Positions 45,334-54,466 of a stretch of 64,000 bases of DNA are shown one piece after another. The first letter of the stretch is position 1, and each line of letters begins with the position of its first letter. Both the position numbers and the translations under genes were made by a program. This DNA comes from a virus (lineage: Duplodnaviria > Caudoviricetes): IMG/VR virus record IMGVR_UViG_2854727110_000001, positions 4,279 to 68,278 of that record; one strand, 5' to 3'. Below the pieces are notes generated by a model. It worked only from the letters and a program-made list of their open reading frames with translations, searched no databases and was not told the DNA's origin.

Positions 45334-46236
45334 GTGGAAATGCCTGATAGTGGACGCGAAACAATAAACACCCCGATATTTTTCAAGACCGTTGAGCAGT
45401 TTTGCAGAAGGCCGGGATATGTTTTGGACCTGCGTTGCGAAAAAGAAGATTTCGATCAAATCATTGGAAAATATGAGCGTCCACATAATAATCAAATAAC
45501 GTGTGAATTGAATGGCTGCGCCACGATGCACATGCGAGGCTATATTATAAGCACCAAGGACGGCCGAGAGACAAATTGCGGAAATACTTGCGGCCACCGG
45601 GAATTTGGTGTCGCATTTAAGGATGTAGAGGCGCGATATTTGGCAGCAGAAGATACGGAGCGTCGTAGAAATATGCTCGATGCAGTCATTAAAGACAGAG
45701 CCGAAATGATTGCAATTGCAAACTCCCTTCAGCTAGAAATCGCTGTGGCCGCAGAATGCGTAGCGAAAATAATGGCAGAAGTCGTCAAGGATCCATCGCT
45801 TGAGCGAGCACTTACAGGCTGCCTGCGCGACGGTGGTGCCATTCGAGTCGAAGACAAAACCGAATCGCCCTTGCCTGGATCAAAAGGCAACCTACACACG
45901 ATCGCGACGATCCGTGGAGGCGAGGCGGTGTACAGACACGTCACTATCGTGCGTGCCATCAGATACGATATTATTGATCCACTTTACGCCCTCGATAGCG
46001 CCGATCTTGCGACTATGACGTCAAAAGAGCTGGCAGTCAAAACGCTGCAGTTAAATACTCTCTCGCAAGCCATGGTCGGCGCCAGGACTTTTTTAAATGA
46101 CGCAAGGGCATTCTGCTCAAAGCAAAACCTCGCTGAGTTTGAAAAGCTCCGACAGTTGATGTCTTCAAAAAATCATACGGCCAGACTAAATCGAATCCTC
46201 GATCGTCTTCCTGCTCTTGTTGACTATGGTAACTAG
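45334..46236 (+). CDS. AT-rich hypothetical protein with Cys/His metal-binding motif
   Basis: CELNGCATMH..G......G..TNCG..CG; lies in the immunity accessory region. Confidence 0.65.
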   Translation: MEMPDSGRETINTPIFFKTVEQFCRRPGYVLDLRCEKEDFDQIIGKYERPHNNQITCELNGCATMHMRGYIISTKDGRETNCGNTCGHREFGVAFKDVEARYLAAEDTERRRNMLDAVIKDRAEMIAIANSLQLEIAVAAECVAKIMAEVVKDPSLERALTGCLRDGGAIRVEDKTESPLPGSKGNLHTIATIRGGEAVYRHVTIVRAIRYDIIDPLYALDSADLATMTSKELAVKTLQLNTLSQAMVGARTFLNDARAFCSKQNLAEFEKLRQLMSSKNHTARLNRILDRLPALVDYGN

Positions 46237-46497
46237 CTCAACTTGATTCATCCCTGTGGAACTAGTAATGATACCGCCCGGAACGACGCGCATAGCCCGA
46301 ATTTGCGCATCCAACACATCTCGCGCCCAGGCTAGTGACTTCGCGAGGTGGGTGCTGCACGATTGCGGCTCGTTGTATTCGAAGCCATGCACGCACACAC
46401 CAACGCCGCCGAATTCCTGACTTGGCTGGATTTCGATTTTGCCGATCTTCTTCATGCCCGAATAGTCAAAATCACAGATCACCAAGCTGATGTCATT
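46186..46497 (-). CDS. Hypothetical protein (convergent)
   Basis: GGGAG SD before MNDISL; 51-nt convergent overlap with the upstream gene. Confidence 0.45.
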   Translation of the reverse strand, partial: NDISLVICDFDYSGMKKIGKIEIQPSQEFGGVGVCVHGFEYNEPQSCSTHLAKSLAWARDVLDAQIRAMRVVPGGIITSSTGMNQVELVTIVNKSRKTIEDSI

Positions 46498-47017
46498 CAT
46501 TATTCGAACTCCCCGCATTATCAGCCCCGCCAGCCGGGGATTTTTTTTGCCCCAGCGGGGCCGATTTATTTTCCACTATGCTTTCCCTAATAAAAGGTAC
46601 TCAAAAATCAGTATCTTACTCTTGAAGTAAGCTTTTGATCTTGCTTTTCCAAGTTCTAAAGCTACTGCTTTGAAGCCTATGCCCTTGGAGGCTCGGTTCC
46701 TGAGCAGCACTCTCCCAGTAGCCAAGCAACAAAGCTTAGCCCCGTGAGAACGCTGAATGCCCCTCTTCGACTTCGGACACTGCGCATAGGGGAGACTTTG
46801 ACCGCTTGCGGCCCCCGACTCGACTCTCCCCACTATCACCCATCGTCGCCGCCTGTCGTCCTTCTTGCGGCACTTCCACTACGCCCGTTTCGCGTTAATA
46901 CCCTGGGTACTGCGTAGCGTTCGCCGGCTCCATCTATCTGGACATGCGCAACCCGGCGAGATTCTGTCCAAGCTTCCGATCGCTTTTGAGGCGACCGAAA
47001 AATTATCTCACAATAAT

Positions 47018-47058
47018 TCAACTTAAGGTTGACTGCATAATTCAACCTGTGGTTTAAT
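47018..47058 (+). promoter_or_regulatory. OL operators with PL
   Basis: TCAACTTAAGGTTGA (47018-47032); TTCAACCTGTGGTTTAAT (47041-47058) is an exact reverse complement of 43411-43428; TTGACT-18-TTTAAT. Confidence 0.8.
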
Positions 47059-47090
47059 GCATTCATCGAAAGCAAACACAGGAGTACGAC

Positions 47091-47180
47091 ATGTCCCCAG
47101 CAGAGCTCGCAGCATTCGCAGCGGTCCTCATCGCCAACGGCGAAGTGATCCCGGCAATCGTCATCCCAGCGCGCGGCTGA
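47091..47180 (+). CDS. 29-aa hydrophobic peptide, first PL gene
   Basis: AGGAG SD; MSPAELAAFAAVLIANGEVIPAIVIPARG. Confidence 0.45.
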   Translation: MSPAELAAFAAVLIANGEVIPAIVIPARG

Positions 47181-47185
47181 TCGCC

Positions 47186-47560
47186 ATGAGCGCCCGCGAC
47201 CACGACGCCGCCGAACTGCGCGAGGAAATGATCACCAACCTGGCAGCTGAGAAAAATGCAGCCGCTCGCACCATCGTGCTGACCGGCGGTGCCGGCTCCA
47301 GCGGGATCGCCAACATGCTGCTCGACGCGCTGGCAGCACCTGGTGCCATGAATATGCTGGCGCGCACCGCCTTGGCATGCGATGCGACCACTGCTGGCAA
47401 CGCGTTCCGGGAATTTGTCGCCGACAGGATCTACGCCGATGCGCTTGCGGTCGCCACCAGAGAAATCGACGGCGCTGCGCAGTTGGCGCGCGACGATCCG
47501 GCCAGTTGCCAGGCCAAGAGTCGCGCGCAGGCCGTGGCGCTGGAGAGATTGCAGATTTAA
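47186..47560 (+). CDS. Hypothetical protein
   Basis: Start trimmed to MSARDHD. Confidence 0.55.
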   Translation: MSARDHDAAELREEMITNLAAEKNAAARTIVLTGGAGSSGIANMLLDALAAPGAMNMLARTALACDATTAGNAFREFVADRIYADALAVATREIDGAAQLARDDPASCQAKSRAQAVALERLQI

Positions 47561-47610
47561 CGGTCGACAGCCGCACGAACCTGGTCAACAAAAATAAAGC
47601 GAGGTGTGTG

Positions 47611-47931
47611 ATGGATCGGATTGTGGTGAATGGAATCGAGTATGTGCGTGCCCAGCCAGCAGTCAGCGCGGCGCCGGCAATCAGGCGAATCCCGCAGCCG
47701 AAGATGGTCGAGCGCAAGTGCCGGTGCTGCCGCTCAACGTTTTGGGCGCGCGCAGCTGACGTAAAGCGAGGCTGGGGCCTGTACTGCTCGAAGTCCTGCA
47801 AGGCCATCAGGCAAGAGGCGCGCACCGGGCAGTACCAGGCATATCAAGATCGACGTGATGGGCATGAAGGCGGCGAATTCACCAACGCGCACCAGTTCAG
47901 CAACGAAGAGCACGACTGCAACAAGGATTGA
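47611..47931 (+). CDS. Zinc-finger hypothetical protein
   Basis: GAGGT SD; CRCC..F.ARAADVKRGWG.YCSKSCKA. Confidence 0.65.
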   Translation: MDRIVVNGIEYVRAQPAVSAAPAIRRIPQPKMVERKCRCCRSTFWARAADVKRGWGLYCSKSCKAIRQEARTGQYQAYQDRRDGHEGGEFTNAHQFSNEEHDCNKD

Positions 47932-48372
47932 ATCGGTCGCCCGCGCCGTAGCTCAAGGCGGGACGGGGCTGGCAGCCAGAAAAACTGCCCGATGGCACAG
48001 AGTGGCCCGATTGATCTTCGACAGGATCTGGAAGCCGGGGAAGACCGGCGCCAACAAAGCAAGGGATGGGCGTGAACTTCGCCTCGATCGTCGCGCAGCA
48101 AAAGCGAAGACCGGCCTTGAAGCAGCTGGGTTTGTGACCAGCCCCTTGCTTTGTTGGCGGCCCACCAGCCGCAGGAATCACACGCCCGACGGATTGACCG
48201 GGTCGTCAACACCACGAATTGCGTCAGCGGGCACGCGATGTACCAAGCGCCGGAGTTACGACCCGCACCGGCCGCGCTTCCTGGCGTACGCAGGATTGAA
48301 AGCTCCGGAGTGGCCTTGTTGTCGGACAGTGCGGCCGGCAACAGCAGGGTTCGATTCCCTGCCGGGGCGCCA
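47932..48372 (+). ncRNA. Putative structured non-coding RNA block ending in a tRNA-like element
   Basis: No convincing ORF; perfect 17-bp stem 48049-48065/48143-48159; several GC hairpins; tRNA-like 48302-48372 with T-arm and CCA. Confidence 0.55.
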
Positions 48373-48395
48373 GATCATAACCAGAGGAGCAAGAC

Positions 48396-48809
48396 ATGCG
48401 CCAAGTTCAAGTTTTCAAGTGGGAGCAGCAAGTTATCGATGGTTGCCGCCAGAGTGTAAAGGTACCGGACTTTACGGCGAATTTTCACCAATTCGGCCAG
48501 GAGGCTGACGGCGAAGGTCAATCTAATCCGGTTGCCATCGTTGAAGCCTCCGACGGTCAAGTGCACTCGATCTATCTCAGCTTGGTGCAGTTCATCGAAT
48601 CTGCTGCGACAGCGGGCGATGCGACTACTTTGCGCGACTACTTCGCGGCCAGGGCGCCGGTCATCATTGGTGATGCAATGCTGCGCTGCGGATTCTGCGA
48701 GGAGTCTATCGGAATGTTCGAACTGGAATCCCGCGTGATGATTTTTACTGCGCTGTCCGAAATGCGCGGTGAATATGCCGACGCCATGCTTGCCGAGCGT
48801 GCAGCATGA
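48396..48809 (+). CDS. Hypothetical phage protein
   Basis: GAGGAG SD; FHQFG...PVAIVE..DG; TLRDYFAA...YADAMLAER. Confidence 0.65.
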   Translation: MRQVQVFKWEQQVIDGCRQSVKVPDFTANFHQFGQEADGEGQSNPVAIVEASDGQVHSIYLSLVQFIESAATAGDATTLRDYFAARAPVIIGDAMLRCGFCEESIGMFELESRVMIFTALSEMRGEYADAMLAERAA

Positions 48810-49030
48810 TCGCCGCCCGCAACGTCACCGCCGGCCGCCAGTCCCGCCTGGCCGTGTCTGCCGCCCTTGCCTTTGCCCACCAGGATGCTGGCGTCGAATC
48901 GGCGCTGAACAGCGGCTGCCTGGACGCGACCGAGCAGATTCCGTGCGGTGCCTGTTACGGCGTGATGGCCACGGCCAATCGCAACGGTATCCGCGTGCTG
49001 CTGGCTGGCCGTGAAGGGAGTGCATCGTGA
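48806..49030 (+). CDS. Hypothetical protein
   Basis: ATGA coupling. Confidence 0.5.
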   Translation: MIAARNVTAGRQSRLAVSAALAFAHQDAGVESALNSGCLDATEQIPCGACYGVMATANRNGIRVLLAGREGSAS

Positions 49031-49157
49031 GCTACGTCATCACCACCTGCACCGCCGCCGGCAGCCAGCACACCTACGCCGGCACCGGCAGCCCTGACGC
49101 AACCCTCGCCGCGCTGCCGGAAGACGAGCCCATGAGCATCACCGTGCTGGTGTCGCC

Positions 49158-49391
49158 ATGACCGCCCTCTTCCGCCGTCTGCTGGCCGCCCACCGCTTCT
49201 ACCAAGCGCGGCACCAGCACAACATGAACAAGATGCGCTTGGCCGGCGTGCGCCGCGAGCTGGCTGGCCTGGACGAAGTGCGCAAGGAATTGATCACCGC
49301 GCAGATCGAAGCGCTGATCGACCTGGACGCATCGGCAGCGCAGTTGCAGCGCGCCGGCCGCGCACACCGGGAGGCGCAATGCGTGCAGTAG
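49158..49391 (+). CDS. Hypothetical protein
   Basis: Coupled small ORF in the PL operon. Confidence 0.45.
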   Translation: MTALFRRLLAAHRFYQARHQHNMNKMRLAGVRRELAGLDEVRKELITAQIEALIDLDASAAQLQRAGRAHREAQCVQ

Positions 49392-49491
49392 GCCAGGCCT
49401 TTCGCAACTGGCGCGCCGGCCACGCCATTGGTCACGCCGTCCGCCTGGCGCTGTTGAAGGCAGAAATTATAAAACTCACAAGGAAAACGTC

Positions 49492-50430
49492 ATGAACGCA
49501 GTTACGCAAGAAAGCCGCACCGCCATGCAGGCGACGCATTACGAACAGGGCGACATGCCCGTCGTGGCCACCAGCAGCGCCTCCCTGATTCTGGACAGCG
49601 CGAGCATGGACAGCATGATGCGCCTGGCCGACATCATGGCCAAGGGCCGCGCCACCATCCCGGAGCACCTGCGCGGCAGCCCGGCCGACTGCGCCGCCGT
49701 CATCATGCAGGCCATCCAGTGGCGCATGAATCCCTTCGCGGTGGCGCAGAAAACGCACCTGGTCAACGGCGCGCTCGGCTACGAGGCGCAGCTGGTCAAT
49801 GCCGTGATCCAGTCGAGTGGTGTGACGGCCGACCGATTCAATTACGAATGGTACGGCCCGTGGGAAAAGATCATCGGTAAATCCAAGGTCTGCACCGTGC
49901 CGGCGAAGGGCACGAAGGGCGCTGCGGATTACAAGAAAGAATATCAGTACCGTGTGCCCGACTACCAGCTGCAGGACGAGGATGGTTTGGGTGTGCGTAT
50001 CTGGGCCACGTTACGCGGTGAGACTGCGCCGCGCGTGCTCGAACTGCTGCTGGTGCAAGCCAGCGTCCGCAACTCCCCACTGTGGGCAACCGACCCCAAG
50101 CAGCAACTGGCCTACCTGGCGGTAAAACGCTGGACTCGCCTGTATTCCCCTGACGTGATCCTGGGCGTCTATACGCCGGACGAGTTGGATGAAGTGAACC
50201 GCGAAATGCGCGATATCACGCCCCAAGCAACGGTAGCGACGCAGAACGTGATCGATAGCCTTCCGGAATGCACCGACGAGCTGTTCCAGCAGAAAACGCC
50301 GGAATGGCGCCAGACCATCCTCAGCAAGAAGAAAACGCCGACGCAGCTGATCGCAATGCTCAGCACCCGGGCGACCTTCACCGAGGCGCAAAAAATGACT
50401 ATCGACAGTTGGGCGCACGAAAACGACTAA
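49492..50430 (+). CDS. recT: RecT-family single-strand annealing recombinase
   Basis: IPEHLRG.PADC.A..MQA.QW.MNPFAVAQKT...GYEAQL...W..DP.QQL.YLA...W.RLY.PDV.LGVY..DE. Confidence 0.88.
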   Translation: MNAVTQESRTAMQATHYEQGDMPVVATSSASLILDSASMDSMMRLADIMAKGRATIPEHLRGSPADCAAVIMQAIQWRMNPFAVAQKTHLVNGALGYEAQLVNAVIQSSGVTADRFNYEWYGPWEKIIGKSKVCTVPAKGTKGAADYKKEYQYRVPDYQLQDEDGLGVRIWATLRGETAPRVLELLLVQASVRNSPLWATDPKQQLAYLAVKRWTRLYSPDVILGVYTPDELDEVNREMRDITPQATVATQNVIDSLPECTDELFQQKTPEWRQTILSKKKTPTQLIAMLSTRATFTEAQKMTIDSWAHEND

Positions 50431-50465
50431 TCGCAGCACCACATAAAAATCACCAAGGACACATC

Positions 50466-52442
50466 ATGCAACGCGAAAACACACTCACCCGCGAAATTCA
50501 CAACCTGCTGCAGGGCAGCGACGACTGGCACGTATTCCGATTCAACCACCACGGCGCCAGCGAGGCGGCCGCGATGCTGGGCCTGTCGAAGAAGGTAACC
50601 CGCAGCGAACTGGTGCGCATGAAGGCCACCGGCCTGGCCAAGGAGTTCAGCGACTGGGTGCAGGAAAACATTCTGGACTACGGCCACGAGGTCGAAGCGC
50701 TGGCGCGCCCGCTCGCCGAACGCATCATCGGCGAAGACCTCTACCCCGCCACCTTGTCGCTGGGTCGGGAGAGCGCATCCTGCGACGGCCTGAACATGGC
50801 CGAAACGATCGGCTTCGAGCACAAGCAATGGAATGCCGAGCTGGCCGCATCGGTGCGTGCCGAAGTGCTGCCGGACGAGCACCAGCCGCAGGTCCAGCAG
50901 CAACTGATGGTGACCGGCGCCGAGAAGTGGCTGTTCATGGCATCCGATGGCACCGAAAACAATATGGTCTGGATGTGGGTCTATCCGGATGCGGCCTGGT
51001 TCGAGCGCATCGTCGCTGGCTGGGAACAGTTCGACATCGATGTGGCGAACTACGCGCAGGTTGACCATGCGGTGAAGCCAGAGGCAGCGCCGGCCGCCGC
51101 CCTGCCCGCGCTGGTCGTGCAGACCGAAGGCAAGGTCGTCAGCAGCAACCTGATGGCCTACCAGAAGGCGGCCGAGAAGTTCCTGTCGACCATCAAGACG
51201 GATCTGCAGGACGACCAAGACTTCGCGGATGCCGAATACAACGTCAAGTTTTGCGGCGAGGCCGAGGCCAAGCTGGAGCACGCCAAAGCGGCGGCGCTGG
51301 CGCAAACCTCGACCATCGACGAGGTAATGCGTACGGTCGACCACATCAAAGCCCAGTTCCGCGCCAAGCGCCTGGAACTGGAAAAACTGGTCAAGACCCG
51401 TAAAGAGCAGATCAAGGAAACGATCCTGAACGACGGTCGCCGTGCTTACGCTGCTCACATTGCCGGGCTCGAAGCTGAGATCGCCCCGATCCGCCTGCAG
51501 CTGGCCACGCCTGACTTTGCCGGCGCCATGAAGGCCAAGCGCACGCTGGCCAGCCTGCACGATGCGGTCGGCACAACGCTGGCCAATGCCAAGATTGCGG
51601 CAAACACGCAAGCGGCCGACTACCGCGCCAAGCAGACCTGGTGCCGCGAGCACGCCGCCAACTACGGCTTCCTGTTCATGGACATGGCCAGCATCATCGG
51701 CAAGCCAATGGATGACTTCCAGCTCGTGATCAACACCCGGATCGCTGAGCACAAACGGGCCGAAGCTGCCAAGCAGGAAGCGCTGCGCGCCAAGATCGCG
51801 GCCGAGGAAAAGGAAAAGGCCGAAGCAGCCGCTGCCGCCGAACTGGCCGCCCAGCGCCGCGCCGACGCCGAGCGCCAGGCTGCCGAAGCCAAAGCCGCCG
51901 CGGAACGTCAAGCCGCTGCGGACCAAGCCGAGCGCGAGCGTGTCGCCGCTGCGACCAAGGCGCAGATGGAGCAGCAGGCCGCCCAGGTTGCCGCCGCCCG
52001 CGCCACCCAGGCCGCAGCCGACCGCGCCGCCGAGGCAGCGCAAACCATCCACGAAAACGCCCTCGCCGCCGCGCGCCAAGGTATTGCCCAGGACCAGGCC
52101 GCCGCACTGGCCGACCAAGGCCGCCTGACCGACGCTGCCGAAGAGCTGGCCGCCGCCAAGGCTTCGCCGGACGGCGCCAACCTCTCGCCAGCAGCGCAAG
52201 ACCTGTTCGAGCAAGAGGGAGCTACAAACTTTGAGCGCGCACACACGCCGCCGACGCTGCGCCTGGGCCAGATCAGCGACCGCCTGGGTTTCACGGTCAC
52301 TGCCTCGTTCATGGAATCCATCGGCTTCGCGCCGGCGGCCACGGACAAGGCCGCCAAGCTGTACCACGAAGGCGACTTCAAGAGCATGTGCGCCGCTATT
52401 TGCCGCCATATCAGCGCCGTTCAAGTCAAACACGCCATTTAA
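50466..52442 (+). CDS. YqaJ-like exonuclease with long coiled-coil C-terminus
   Basis: QGSDDW...R...GASEAAAMLG...GHEVE..AR...SASCDG....GFEHK...QVQQQL.V. Confidence 0.85.
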   Translation: MQRENTLTREIHNLLQGSDDWHVFRFNHHGASEAAAMLGLSKKVTRSELVRMKATGLAKEFSDWVQENILDYGHEVEALARPLAERIIGEDLYPATLSLGRESASCDGLNMAETIGFEHKQWNAELAASVRAEVLPDEHQPQVQQQLMVTGAEKWLFMASDGTENNMVWMWVYPDAAWFERIVAGWEQFDIDVANYAQVDHAVKPEAAPAAALPALVVQTEGKVVSSNLMAYQKAAEKFLSTIKTDLQDDQDFADAEYNVKFCGEAEAKLEHAKAAALAQTSTIDEVMRTVDHIKAQFRAKRLELEKLVKTRKEQIKETILNDGRRAYAAHIAGLEAEIAPIRLQLATPDFAGAMKAKRTLASLHDAVGTTLANAKIAANTQAADYRAKQTWCREHAANYGFLFMDMASIIGKPMDDFQLVINTRIAEHKRAEAAKQEALRAKIAAEEKEKAEAAAAAELAAQRRADAERQAAEAKAAAERQAAADQAERERVAAATKAQMEQQAAQVAAARATQAAADRAAEAAQTIHENALAAARQGIAQDQAAALADQGRLTDAAEELAAAKASPDGANLSPAAQDLFEQEGATNFERAHTPPTLRLGQISDRLGFTVTASFMESIGFAPAATDKAAKLYHEGDFKSMCAAICRHISAVQVKHAI

Positions 52443-52469
52443 GCCATTTCCAACCACCAGGAGAACATT

Positions 52470-53225
52470 GTGAGCGCCATTCCCCAAATCGTCATGCACC
52501 AGGTCGAGTCCAGTCAGTTTGCAGCCATCGGCCATGCGCCAGAACTGAACCTGCTGGCCATCCAGTTCCACCCGAAGAAATCGACCGGCCAGAGCGACAT
52601 TTACCACTACCAGAATTTCAGCGCCGCCCTGTTTGCCGAATTCCTGGGCGCCGAGTCGCAAGGATCCTTCTTCATCCAGCGCATCAAGAAGTTTGCCGAC
52701 CAGTTCCCATATTCGAAGATCGATCAGGCGGCGTTCAGCCACACAGCGCCGCAGCCGACCGTCAAACCGGCCAGCCTGGCCGAGGCCCCGCCGGTCAAGT
52801 TGAGCAAGGAACTGCTGGCCTGCCTGCTGACGGGCCGCGAGTACGGCAAGGAAATGCTGAAGGAAGAAGAAATGCAGGCCAAGACGGCCGGCCTGATCGT
52901 CATCTTCGGCGCCAGCGACGACCTGATGGAGCTGCGCGGCGCTATCGACGGCGAGCAGTACTGCCCCGACGGAGGCACGGCACTGATCGATGCGCGCGGA
53001 CTCCTACTGGACCGCGACAACATCGAGAGCGATGTTCACCTCCGGGATTTCTTCGCGCGCGAGCCGCTGGCGCGCAAGGTTGAGGCGCTGTGGGACAAAG
53101 AGGACGGCATCAGCTGGACCTACCGCACCGACGTGCCGCACGCCACGTTCGAAATCGAGGAAGACGGCGAGACGTATTGCCGCGGCATCGTGATCGACGT
53201 GGCCGACCTGGCGCCGGCAGCGTGA
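52470..53225 (+). CDS. KTSC-domain fusion protein
   Basis: N-terminal VESSQ..AIG...L.IQF...YHY.N.....F..FL.AES.G.FF; second conserved-looking domain GASDDLMELRGAI. Confidence 0.75.
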   Translation: MSAIPQIVMHQVESSQFAAIGHAPELNLLAIQFHPKKSTGQSDIYHYQNFSAALFAEFLGAESQGSFFIQRIKKFADQFPYSKIDQAAFSHTAPQPTVKPASLAEAPPVKLSKELLACLLTGREYGKEMLKEEEMQAKTAGLIVIFGASDDLMELRGAIDGEQYCPDGGTALIDARGLLLDRDNIESDVHLRDFFAREPLARKVEALWDKEDGISWTYRTDVPHATFEIEEDGETYCRGIVIDVADLAPAA

Positions 53226-53253
53226 CAGCCTGGCGCCGCGCGGGAGCACCGCC

Positions 53254-53715
53254 TTGACAGAAATCGTGCTCATGAAAACGGCCAATGTCCTCGTCCCCCA
53301 CGACGAGGCGGCGGCCGACTTCATTCAGAAAATGAAGGTTGGCGCGCTGATGCACGCCGACTTCAAGAAGGTGCGGAATTATAAATTCCACAAGAAGTAC
53401 TTCGCCTTGGTGTCCTTCGCCTTCGACCAGTGGGAGCCGCGCGGCGGCCTGACCTACCAGGGCCAGCCGGTGGCAAAGAACAAGGAGCGTTTCCGGAAAG
53501 ACGTGGCGATTCTGGCTGGCTTTTTCGAATCGACAGTGAACCTCAAGGGCGAGGTGCGGCTGGAAGCGAAAAGCGTTTCGTTTGCACAGATGGACGAGAT
53601 CGAGTTCGAGGCGCTGTATAGCGCGACCATCGACGTGATCTTGTCCCGGATTTTGACCAAATACACCAGGCAGGACCTGGACAACGTAATTAACCAGCTG
53701 CTGGCATTCACCTGA
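53254..53715 (+). CDS. DUF1367-like protein
   Basis: RNYKFHKKYFAL...FRK.V.I.AGF...KS.SFA.MD..EF..LY. Confidence 0.75.
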   Translation: MTEIVLMKTANVLVPHDEAAADFIQKMKVGALMHADFKKVRNYKFHKKYFALVSFAFDQWEPRGGLTYQGQPVAKNKERFRKDVAILAGFFESTVNLKGEVRLEAKSVSFAQMDEIEFEALYSATIDVILSRILTKYTRQDLDNVINQLLAFT

Positions 53716-53742
53716 AAGCCAGCAGCAGCAACGGAGAAGATC

Positions 53743-54453
53743 ATGGATCAGTTGAAAGAGGCGGTAGCGGCAGCGTTTGACAAGGTAGTCGCATCCGGCG
53801 CCATCGAGGAAGCCATTCACAAGCAGATCGGCGCGGCCGTCACCGCCGGCATCAACGAGCACCTGCGCGAATACAGCGATTTCGGCAAGGCGCTCAAGGC
53901 AAAGATCGGCACGCTGATCGAAGTCGACCTCGACACGATCGACCTGCCGTCGTACCGCCAATTGGTAGGTGACATCATCAAGAAGCGCGTCGGCGCGGTC
54001 ATGAGCACGGAGTTCACCGAGAACCTGGATAAGGACATCGCCGAGTTGCTGGCGCCGGCGCCGGCCACGATCACGCTGCAGGCGCTGCTGGACGAGTTCA
54101 TCGAAAGCAAGAAAGACGCTTGGAATATACACCAACTGCGCGGCGAAAAATTCACGCTGAACATCAACCGCAGCGAAAACTGCGATGGCTATGTGGATGT
54201 TTCAATCGACGAAGATCCGAACCAAGGGCGGCACTCGTCCTGCGCCATCCACCTGCGGATCCGCGGCGACGGTGAAGTTTGGGCACTCAGCCTCGGCGGT
54301 GCCGACATCAAAAACAAGATTTTCGTCGGACCACTCTTCAATTTTGAAAAACGCCTGTTCCAAATGTACACGGCAAAGACGCGCCTGATCATCGACGCAG
54401 GCGCGGAAGCCGGCGACTTCGACACCACCTTCCCGTACAACGACAACGATTAA
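53743..54453 (+). CDS. Hypothetical phage protein
   Basis: GGAG SD; YSDFGK.LK. Confidence 0.6.
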   Translation: MDQLKEAVAAAFDKVVASGAIEEAIHKQIGAAVTAGINEHLREYSDFGKALKAKIGTLIEVDLDTIDLPSYRQLVGDIIKKRVGAVMSTEFTENLDKDIAELLAPAPATITLQALLDEFIESKKDAWNIHQLRGEKFTLNINRSENCDGYVDVSIDEDPNQGRHSSCAIHLRIRGDGEVWALSLGGADIKNKIFVGPLFNFEKRLFQMYTAKTRLIIDAGAEAGDFDTTFPYNDND

Positions 54454-54466
54454 GCGAGCAGCCGCC

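Noticed and set aside
46576-46839. 87-aa minus-strand ORF upstream of PL
   Set aside because: No clear SD or motifs; cannot be supported as a gene.
47940-48010. tRNA-like start GCCGTAGCTCAA
   Set aside because: No matching D-stem partner, anticodon arm or T-arm follows; treated as part of the structured block rather than as a tRNA.
50427-52742. 771-aa minus-strand ORF
   Set aside because: Antisense shadow of the Ala-rich YqaJ gene; no motifs or RBS.
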